DNA of 63,448 nt, the filler included, from Reclinomonas americana ATCC 50394 (taxonomy: Eukaryota): the NCBI GenBank assembly GCA_048213135.1. It is 5 parts of 3 records of this genome, joined end to end, with 100 filler letters (N's around TTAATTAATTAA, not from the genome) between each part and the next. Parts side by side here need not be neighbours in the genome. Positions count along the whole stretch, not along the records: positions 46,508 to 61,288 come from PS015277.1; positions 61,389 to 63,448 come from PS015281.1; 3 more parts are not named here. The stretch is one strand, 5' to 3'. The position numbers were made by a program, and so were the translations under genes. Of this stretch, positions 53,684 to 63,448 are shown piece by piece. The notes beneath the pieces are model-generated. The model was not told where the DNA came from. It saw only the letters and a list, made by a program, of their open reading frames with translations, and did not search any database. Each line of letters begins with the position of its first letter. Within the stretch, counting starts at the first letter, position 1.

Positions 53684-56600
53684 TTACATGTCTTCATCAA
53701 ATTCCTCATCCTCCACGTATTCCTCCTCTCTCCTCACCGGCTTCTCGCCACGCAGCACTGTATCATGCATGTCAGAGCTGACATCAGGTGCTCCCGGACT
53801 GGTGCGTTTAGAGCACTCACCAGCACGAGCGATCTCCTCCGTTGAAAGACAGCAGTCTCGAAGCAGTGTGGCCAGCAGGCCACGAGAGGTGTGGAGCAGA
53901 TGCATGGCCTGGGTAACGTATGGAAGAAGAACATTCCGGTTGGCATTGTTGTATTTCGCCAAATTTGCAGACGCCTTGTTACACGAGAAATCAGCAACAC
54001 AAGCCAAGCACGGCAGCGCATGCACCCAAAAAGACAAACCGCAGAGTAGCCACGATCATCGATTACAATCAGCGGTCTTTCGACAGCATCCACCAACTCG
54101 GCTCCTCGAATGCCACTTTTCTGATGATCGTTGCGTTAGTTGCCAGACACATCACAAGCCATTGAAAAAAACACAGAAACAACACACTAACGCTCACTTC
54201 GACAAAGTTACACATGCTTTCGAGCACACCCTCCACAGACTTGGCCGTTTTGCGACGTGCTTTCTCGGCACCGATATAAAGACTCTTGCCGAATGCTACC
54301 ATGACTGCGGATGACGGGCGACCGGGTCCCATAAAAGGTACTCCGCAGTTGTCACAAGCAAGCTCGAGAAGTACGCGCTGATGACGCAAGACTGTGGATC
54401 CCATCACCACGGGTGCCATGAGGCCGAATGCCTTCACCAGTATCCTCTTCCTGTTGCAGTCCTACGAGCGAGAAGTTAATGGCGGAATTGTAGATCACTA
54501 GGTGGCATGCAAAGATAACAGCACAATACGCAACAAGCAGTCTCGCCAGCGTCAACTGCTCGTTGACGCATAGCTTCATTGGATCAATCATGCGGTGCTG
54601 TGAAACGCAAACCCACGCAGTGTTGAGGTACATCTACACAGACTTCTCGCAGCAAGAGAAAGCAACGTCTGGCATACCTTGTTTTTCCCGTTTCCCTTTG
54701 CGCCAACGTCCTCATCCTCGCTCTCGGAATCATCCTCCAGCTCGTCCTCACTTTTCACCATGTCTTTCTCCCTCAATGCTGTTCACTTGCTTGTCAACAC
54801 ACGCGCACGCACGGCGACCACGAGGCAAAGCTGTCATACCTCGTTCACTGCACCACTCGGCGACACGTGCAATCTCCGCCTCAGACAGGCAACCATCACG
54901 AATCAGAGTGGCATGCAGGCCAGGATAGGTGTCAAGAGCCTCAATGGCCTGCGTAGTGAACGGTAGTAGAGGTCTCTGATTGCTGTGCTGCATCCCCGGC
55001 AAGCGTGACGACTCCTGCCATTCCCCAACACAGAAAGTGAGAAACGCCACCCACAATGCACTCCGAGCACAATGAAACTGCACCTCAGAATAGCCTCGTT
55101 CGTCCACCATAATCAGTGGTCTCTCAATGGCATTCGCCAGAGCAGCGCCACGCAGTCCACTCCTCTGCATAATGGCGCATGCATTAGCACTGGCCTTCAA
55201 TTCAGTCGTGCGGGGTGGACGCTGCTCACCTCGACAAAGTCGCTCATGCTCTGGAGCACTCCCTTAACTGACTTCAGCGTCTTGTAGCGCGTACCTCGAA
55301 CGAAATGGCCAAGACTCTTGCCGAATGAGCTCACGACTGCCGACGAAAGACCAAATGTTTTCGACGAGGGGAAGCCACACTCCTTGCACGCGAGTTCAAG
55401 AAGAACACGCTCATGATGGCGGACAGTGCTTGGCAGCGCAATCGGCGCCATGCTACCGAACGCCTTGATCAGTATCCTCTTCTTGTTGCAGCACTGTACT
55501 CGTACGAAACACGTCGGAAGTGCGATGACACTAAATCAGCCGGACGACTAATGAAAAGGACTTGACTGAAACACACGAAACAAGCAGCCTCGCCAGCATC
55601 AGCTGTTCGCCTCTGCTCATATTCGCACGGCCACTCTCCCGTCGCTGCGAATGCGCACCATGAAATGTTGTCACAGTGTGCCCCATAATCCATGGTCGTA
55701 CCTTGCTCGTGTCACCTTCACCCATAGCGACGTCCTCATCTTCTTCCTTGTCGACCCTCGAATCACCCTTCAGATCCTCTTTCTCCTTCTTCATCTCCTC
55801 TTTCACCAGCATCTTCGTGTCCAGCAGAGCTGCATCTCGCTTGTCAGCCCAGACACAACACACAGTAGAACGCACCCGATGCCATCAACCTCTTTCGCTG
55901 CACCACTTGACGGCCCGAGTGATTTCCACCACCGAGAGACAGCCGTCTCGAATCAGCGACACCTGCAAGCCAGGACACTCACGCAGGGCCCGCGCGGCTT
56001 GGGCGATGAACGGCAGGAGACGGTCGTTACACTTCCGTTTATACTCCATCATCTTCCATGACTCCTGCAACACGACAGGCATGGTAGGAAAACACGTGAG
56101 TCAACACAAACCGGGAAACGCAATGGAGCGCAAAATGGAATGTTGGCACACCTCTGAATGGCCACGTTCATCCACCACAACCAGTGGTCTCCTGATCGCA
56201 TTCGCCAGAGGAGCGCCGCGCAGTTCACTCTCCTGTGGTGCAGCACATGCATCGATGTTGGTTCACTTTCCAGTTGCGTGTGAGATGGACAACGGATAGA
56301 CACTCACCTCGATAAATGTGCTCATGCGATGAAGCACTCCTTCGACTGACTCACGCGTGTAGTGGCGTGCCTTGTCGACGACATTGCCAAGGCTCTTGCC
56401 GAAAGAGTCCACGATTGCGGACGACGGGCTGCCCACTCCTGATGATGGGATGCCGCACTCTCTACAAGCAAGCTCAAGAAGGACGCGTCGATAATGCAGG
56501 ACTGCGGATGGCTTCACACAAGAAGCCATGATGCCGAATGTCGTCACCAGTATCTTCTTCTTGTTGCACCGCTGTTTGCACACAGACACGCACGCACCAA

Positions 56601-58275
56601 GTGTTATAACAGGCAAGCACATGGCAGAGCCGACCAATCTGCCATGCTGAAGTGCTGCGGACATGCACACGCAACAAGCAGTCTGTCCAGCAGCATTCGC
56701 TCGTCCTTGCTCAGATCTGCGTTTAATGCTTGGCGATTGCCTTTGACGCGCTGCACCCCATCCAACATCCACAATCAAGATCTCAAAAAACCTGCCTCAC
56801 CAATCACAGATATTCACATCACCGAACCTTGCTTTGCTTTGATTCTTCGTCATCGTCACTGCCTGCATCCACCTGTGAACACAAGGCATCCATGTTTGGC
56901 CGAGTCCACGAAGACACGCACATTCGCGCGCAACCTCTATCAACCATGTATTATTTGCTGCGTACCTTGGCGTCATCGTCTTCATGTTTGATACCATCCT
57001 TCTCCTCTTCATCTTCGTCTTCCTCCTCTTCCTTTGCCAACATATTCACATCGCCGGATTCTGCGTTGTGCTGGTAAACCCCAGTGAAAGCATAACCAAC
57101 AGGTGAATGGGATTGCAGACCTTTCGATCGGCACCAAGCGACGGCGCGTGATATCCTGGCCTTGGAGAGGTGGTTTTCTCGAAGCAGGGCAGCCATGAGA
57201 CCGTCGCACTCGAGCATCGCATCCATGGCCTGCTTGACTAACGGCTGAAGATGATTTCTCCTGGCCTTGGAGGGTAGAGGCAGTTTCTCCCACGATTCCT
57301 GTCACGTACAAGCAGCGAGAGAATCAGTCGACGTGATCGCAACAGCCAGAAGAAGACCGTGCAGACACGACGCACCTCCGAGTATCCACGCTCATCCACC
57401 ACAATCAATGGTCTCTCCACAGCATCCACAAGTGCCGCACCAGAGAGTTGACTCATCTGCAGAATGTGATCATCTGAAGGTCGATTCACCAACCACGGTC
57501 GTTCAGGAACGTGCGCCGCTCACCTCGATGTAGTTGCTCATTCTCTGGAGCACATCCTCCACAGACTTGGGCGTTTTGTTGCGCGAATTATAAGCAGTGT
57601 CGCCAAGACTCTTGCCGAATGCGCACTTGACTGCCGACGACACCGACAATGGCATCCAGCAGTCGTCACAGGCAATATCCAAGAGAACATTCTGATGGCA
57701 GATGACTGTGGATTCTTGAACAATGGATGCCATCAGGCCGAATGCCTTCAGCAGAATCCTCTTCCGATTGCATCGCTGTGAGTGACACAGGAAGAGGAGC
57801 GCTTGGAATGAGGAGAAGGAGGAGACTGTTGGATTGCAATGATGACAGAGAGAGAGCATGCACACGCAACAAGCAGCTTGTTCAGTAGCAGCCTCTCGTC
57901 TGCGCTTAACTCGTCTGGCTCTTCTGCCGCCCGAGCCTTGCTGCGCTGTGAATCCACAACATGCATCATTGACAAGAAAGAACCCAAAGGCAGGTTGATG
58001 AACAAGAACACCAATGACAGCGACTGAATTCAAACCTTCTTCTTCTTCTTTGGAGGTGCAAGCTCATCATCGCTGTATGAATCCACCTGCAGCAATTGAA
58101 GAGAACCTCAGGTGTTACTGTGATGCACAAGCGAGAGGCAAGTGAGACGCGTGCTTCGTCGGAACTCACCTCCAGAGATCGCTTGCGGACCAATGTCTCT
58201 TCTGAGTCATGTGCGAGCAAGTCCTCACTGTGATCCACCAGAGACGAGTCGACTCGCCGCCTTCTCGCACGTTGC
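53684..58275 (-). CDS. Hypothetical putative nuclear protein with four tandem ~190-aa CxxC-containing domains separated by acidic linkers
   Basis: Four homologous exon sets starting at 57945, 56750, 55644 and 54597 with the same intron positions; linker exons keep frame; PPKKKKK upstream. Confidence 0.85.
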
Positions 58276-58782
58276 TGTACAATCATGCCAATAGAGAGAA
58301 GATTAGTGAGAGACTTGCTCGTCTGGGATGACACAATCAATGTACCTCGACGATGCCCGCCATCGATGTGTGTTTCGTGTGCTCCTGGCGAGCAGCTGTG
58401 TGTGCATGTACCACCCTGGTTAGGCATCACGCGACGCAAGGACACCAAAGACTGCGACAGCAAGAGAGACANNNNNNNNNNNNNNNNNNNNNNNNNNNNN
58501 NNNNNNNNNNNNNNNNNNNNNNNNNNNNNNNNNNNNNNNNNNNNNNNNNNNNNNNNNNNNNNNNNNNNNNNNNNNNNNNNNNNNNNNNNNNNNNNNNNNN
58601 NNNNNNNNNNNNNNNNNNNNNNNNNNNNNNNNNNNNNNNNNNNNNNNNNNNNNNNNNNNNNNNNNNNNNNNNNNNNNNNNNNNNNNNNNNNNNNNNNNNN
58701 NNNNNNNNNNNNNNNNNNNNNNNNNNNNNNNNNNNNNNNNNNNNNNNNNNNNNNNNNNNNNNNNNNNNNNNNNNNNNNNNNN

Positions 58783-59410
58783 CAGGCACTCGTCGCCTCG
58801 CCATCGCAGGCACACCACGATGAGCAGACGAACCCGATGCACTCTTCTTCTTCTCTTCATCATCATTGATGTTGATGGGGAGTGAGGAGGAATGCATCAT
58901 CGTCATCATTGGCGTCACATGCTGCTTGCTGTCGATGAGCATCATGTCTGCTTTCTCGTCGTCGCACAGAGAAGAGGCAGACATTGGCAGTGAAGGAGTT
59001 GTTGTTGTTGTTGAGGGGTGAGGGCGTGGATGAGGAGGAGGACGTCGAGTGTGTGAGTGTTTTGGTTGTTTCGCATACACCACACACACACACACCTTTC
59101 TTGGCAGTGACGCTGGTGGTGGTGACAGACGTGGAAGCAGAATAAGATGAGGAGGTGAAAGGCACTCGTCGCCTTGCCATCGCAGGCACTACATGAGCGA
59201 ACGACCCCGATGCGCTCTTCTTCTTCTCCTCCTCAGCATGGTTGCTACTGTCGATGGAGGAGGAGGAATGCATCATCATCATCATTATCGGCGTCACATG
59301 CGAAGGCGTGGTTGGTGTTGTTGTTGAGCGAGGGCGTGGTGGTGGAGGAGGAGGAGGAGGAGGTCGAGAGGTCATTGTGTGTGTCTTAGTTGTTGCTTCG
59401 CACACACGCG
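58783..59410. repeat. ~375-bp degenerate tandem duplication
   Basis: ggcactcgtcgcct.gccatcgcaggcac..cccgatgc.ctcttcttcttctc..gaggaggaatgcatcatc..ggcgtcacatgc at ~58785 and ~59160. Confidence 0.85.
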
Positions 59411-59774
59411 CGCTGCGTGATGCAAGAAACTAAGAGAGAGAAATTCGTCGATCCGAACAACAAGGACGAATGGAGGAGGGGTGTGGTGGGGACGGTGAGA
59501 CGGAAGAGGGGAGTCAGAGATTTGTGCAACCTTGGGTGCATCGTTAATTGCGACTGTTCTCCGTGACTAGAGATGCATGTCCCTTTGTTTGGATATCTCA
59601 TTCCTGCAGAGAACACGGATCAGAGGAAGTTGGTGCTGAGATCACAGAATACAACAGCACACATGAGCCTCTGCATCATGGCAGCATCACCTCATCGGAC
59701 ACCGAGGAAGAGTTGCCGATAGCACGCAACATCGTCAAAAAATCCCGTTCACTGTAACCCTCACCACTCACTCA

Positions 59775-61110
59775 CTACACATCCACCTTTAACGCCCCAT
59801 TCAGCCGACCGATAAAGTTACCGCTGATCAGCACACTTCGACAGTCGACCGACAACAGCAACTGCGTCTCCAGTATGCCGACAGCATTCGAGCCCGTAAC
59901 CCGATCGAGCTTGACGGTGCCGGTGGGTAATATGGACTCGAGCGCACGCTTCAGCCGACTCATCTGCTGCTCCGCACTCCGTTCTCCACCGCCTCCCTCC
60001 TCCTCATCATCATCGTCCTCGTCCTCGCCATCGACGCTGGTGTAGTGAATAACAATCTGCGACGAATCGCCGTCGTACATCACCGTATTGTGTCGGGCAT
60101 TGTCGGCCGTGAAGTGTGACACCAACAGCAGGTCGAGATAGGAGGCGAGGACGCGGGGATGTTGTTGTTGTTGCTGCTGCTGCTGCACCAGTGATGGTGG
60201 CGGTTCACTGCCGGCCGTGACCGGCCACATTGCTGCCGTGGCATTCACCATGGCTGGTTTCGACGTGGGGTGAGGGAAACTAGAACTTGCATCACACACA
60301 CTGCACTACAAACCCGTCGCCTGCAGTGCCTGCACCGAGAGCTCGTCGACTGCATGGGCGGCCGCCGTTTGCCTCTGTTCGAGTTGTATGAGGCGCTCGG
60401 AGGCGGCACGCATCTGTGATACATCATGAGCACATTGCCGGGCGATTCTTTGTTTTTTGTGATGCAACTGTTTCCTCCCGTCGACGCTCTTCTGCGCGCG
60501 GCGAAGGTGAAAGTCGACTGCGCTCGTGTTGCGCGAGGTCCCCCAACTTGGAGAGCTGGTCCACCAGTGAGTGACACCAACAAACGAACGACGGACACGA
60601 GAGATGTGTGTACCTCTTGTCGANNNNNNNNNNNNNNNNNNNNNNNNNNNNNNNNNNNNNNNNNNNNNNNNNNNNNNNNNNNNNNNNNNNNNNNNNNNNN
60701 NNNNNNNNNNNNNNNNNNNNNNNNNNNNNNNNNNNNNNNNNNNNNNNNNNNNNNNNNNNNNNNNNNNNNNNNNNNNNNNNNNNNNNNNNNNNNNNNNNNN
60801 NNNNNNNNNNNNNNNNNNNNNNNNNNNNNNNNNNNNNNNNNNNNNNNNNNNNNNNNNNNNNNNNNNNNNNNNNNNNNNNNNNNNNNNNNNNNNNNNNNNN
60901 NNNNNNNNNNNNNNNNNNNNNNNNNNNNNNNNNNNNNNNNNNNNNNNNNNNNNNNNNNNNNNNNNNNNNNNNNNNNNNNNNNNNNNNNNNNNNTGAGAGT
61001 GGACTGATGGAGTGGTGCGTGCAGGGTCTGCTGCGGTGTGCGGAAGAACTCGATGTACACAATCGGCGAACGTCATCCATTGCACGGTGCTGGGACGAGC
61101 GAGTGCGTGC
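59775..61110 (-). CDS. Hypothetical multi-exon protein
   Basis: Exons DWQVHALARPSTVQWMTFADCV.., DQLSKLGDLAQHERSR..EET|, MRAASERLIQLEQRQ..QAT|AMVNAT..LASYLDLLLVSHF..FIGRLNGALKVD; no family recognised. Confidence 0.6.
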
Positions 61111-61502
61111 ACTTGCCAGTCTGCAACACGCCTCGCTCACCGTGGCCACTCGCACGCGACAGGCCGCCTCTCAGGTGCGTTTCAGTGGTGGGGGGGGCGG
61201 GAGGGTATTTTTTGTCTCTCTGACGAAGGCATTTGGGGCAGCTGGCGGCGGCCGAGAAGGAGCAGGTGGATGCCAAGCTCAAGGCCACNNNNNNNNNNNN
61301 NNNNNNNNNNNNNNNNNNNNNNNNNNNNNNNNTTAATTAATTAANNNNNNNNNNNNNNNNNNNNNNNNNNNNNNNNNNNNNNNNNNNNAAGGGAGGGAAA
61401 GGGAGGAGGTGAGGGAAAGGGAGAGGGGAGGGGAGGGAAGGGGGAAGGGGGAAAATGGAAAGAGAAGAAGAGGCAGAAGATACAGATATATGAGATTTGG
61501 CA

Positions 61503-61660
61503 ACAGCACAACACAACACAACACAACACCACACAACACAACACAACACAACACAACACAACACAACACAACACAACACAACACAACACAGCACAGCACA
61601 GCACAGCACAGCACAGCACAGCACAGCACAGCACAGCACAGCACAGCACAGCACAGCGAA
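61503..61660. repeat. (ACACA)n grading into (GCACA)n pentamer microsatellite in a dynein intron
   Basis: Direct reading. Confidence 0.92.
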
Positions 61661-61857
61661 GCGCAGCACAGCATAGCGCAGCGCAGAAGAGTACAGCATA
61701 CCACAGCACAAAATACAATGCAGAGCAGAGTTGCAAAGAACAGCTGACCACACGAAGTGCATAGCACAGCACGGAACAGCACAGAACAGCACAAAACAAC
61801 GCAGAACAGAACAGCACAGCACCACACACTTCCATACACAATGCAAGACAGACGAAC

Positions 61858-63448
61858 CCTCTCCAAAGCAGCATCAATCTCGTCGAGCTGCTCCTGGAAA
61901 AGCGGACGCTCGACCTCGAGCAGGGAGGTGAGGATGGTATTGTACATGCTGACGATGAGGTCGAGCTTGGAGGTCTGCGCGCGGTACACGTCGACCTGCT
62001 GGTAAATGTCCTGTGCCTCGGCCGGCACCGCAAACACCGACTCCGGGTCGGCACCCGTGTTGATCTTCTCCACGTAGTGCACCTCACGGAGGAGACGCAC
62101 AAGTGCCGGGTCAAAGTTGACGTACAGCAGGCGAGTGGCACCGTCGCGACGCAGCAGCGGCTGCTTCAGCTTCTCCTTGGAGACGGTCGACACGTCGGCC
62201 GCCCAGTGCTGGTACTGAGCGCGCTGGTAGTCGTGCAGCAGAGCGGCCAGCGACTGCTGCATCTTCAGCACCTCCTTGGCCTCCTCCGACTGCAACAGCG
62301 ACATGTTGAGGCGATGGAAGGTGGCCATCGGCTCCTCAATGCGCTGCAGCAGGCCCTTGCACCACGCAATGGCGCCAGTGGTCGGCGGCATGTTGCTGTA
62401 GGCCGGTGGGTGGTCACGGAACGCGTGGAAAATCTCCTGCGTCTCGTGCAAATCCTGGCTGTAGGCACTGTGAAAATGGGAAAGCGGGAGGCGGGTGGGT
62501 GAGTGGATTGGTACAGCGGACGACTATGGTCATGCGGAGAGAGAGAAACGCAACGTCAGCAGCTGTGCCTGCTTCTTCTCCAGGTCGGTGCGAATAATGT
62601 CGCGGTCAAGCAGACCCTCAAAGCTCTCCACCAGCTTGAAGGCGGCAAAGATGGAGCCGCAATCCTCAAAGCCCTTGCCGAGAACAGCGCTGCATGGCAC
62701 AACATTAGAGAGAAGCGAGAAGAAGAGATGATGATGATGATGATGATGATGACGCACCCCAATCGTCTCTCCAGCTCCTTGATGGTGCTGCGGAAGCTGT
62801 GGAAGTCGTCCTCGAAGCGGGTGACGCTGACGTCGAGCAGATCGTACTGGACACCGCGGAAGCGCTCCAGAGCCTCGGCAAACTCGGCGTGAATCTGGCG
62901 GGCGCTGTTGGTCAGATTGCGACCCTGCGTGCCGCCAATCTCAATCTCGGCCAGCTTGTCAAACTGCAGACGCGTCTCCGTCAGGTACTGAATGTCGTTG
63001 CAGCGCTCGAGGAACAGGTCGAGGCGGTGGAAGAGTGCCGGGTTCTGGATACGCCAGGGGAATTCGGGGAACTCGGCGGCCACCTTGGCCTTGTACTCGA
63101 AGAAGCAGTCCTTGAAGCGACCGCACACGTCGAGTGTTGTGTTCAGCTTGTCGGCCGACTCTTGTGGCTCAATGTCAAAGATCTTGCCGGCGTCCACAAA
63201 TTGACGGGCCTGGCGGGGCGGGAAAAAAGGTAGTGGTGAGCAAAAGGAAAAAGAGAGTACGAGAGGGAGGGAGGGAGGGAGCTACGACGCACCTGCTCCA
63301 CCAAGTCGTTGCAGATTTCGCGAACGAGGCAGACGAGGCGTGTGGGCGTGCGGTAGGCCTCCGAGTTGGTCCACACGAGGTAAATGAGGTGCATGATGCG
63401 CGGGAACACCGTCGTCAGTGCCGGGAACTCGACACGTGTGGGCGACGT
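61858..63448 (-). CDS. Axonemal dynein heavy chain, outer-arm beta type (DNAH9/11/17-like), DHC_N1 region, partial
   Basis: IYLVWTNSEAYRTPTRLVCLVREICNDLVEQ, LFHRLDLFLERC, LAEIEIGGTQG, NMPPTTGAIAW, LLYVNFDPALVRLLREVHY, LLEVERPL. Confidence 0.93.

Overview
Intron-rich eukaryotic nuclear scaffold, probably from a flagellated protist (outer-arm dynein heavy chain, CCDC162-like gene). It has many N gaps, TTAATTAATTAA six-frame-stop spacers and microsatellite-expanded introns. Genes reconstructed by hand across GT-AG introns: a secreted protein (partial), a cullin, tubulin cofactor B, AP-4 beta adaptin, a hypothetical coiled-coil protein, a stand-alone PH protein, a large CCDC162-like gene preceded by a SILK/RVxF-bearing low-complexity exon, a secreted bacterial-type EEP hydrolase, a GH27 alpha-galactosidase with microexons, a DUF1275 membrane protein, a two-RRM PABP-like protein, a putative nuclear protein made of four copies of an unrecognised ~190-aa CxxC domain, a hypothetical protein and a dynein heavy-chain N-terminus. 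The most notable signal is a second, abundant class of 5' splice site, GTTGCG(T) (also GTTGAGT and GTTTCGT). It is the local GTGCGT/GTGAGT consensus shifted by one nucleotide, occurs in more than 20 introns, and almost always follows a non-G exon end. All gene models and family calls are manual and were not checked by database search; exon coordinates may be off by a few bases.
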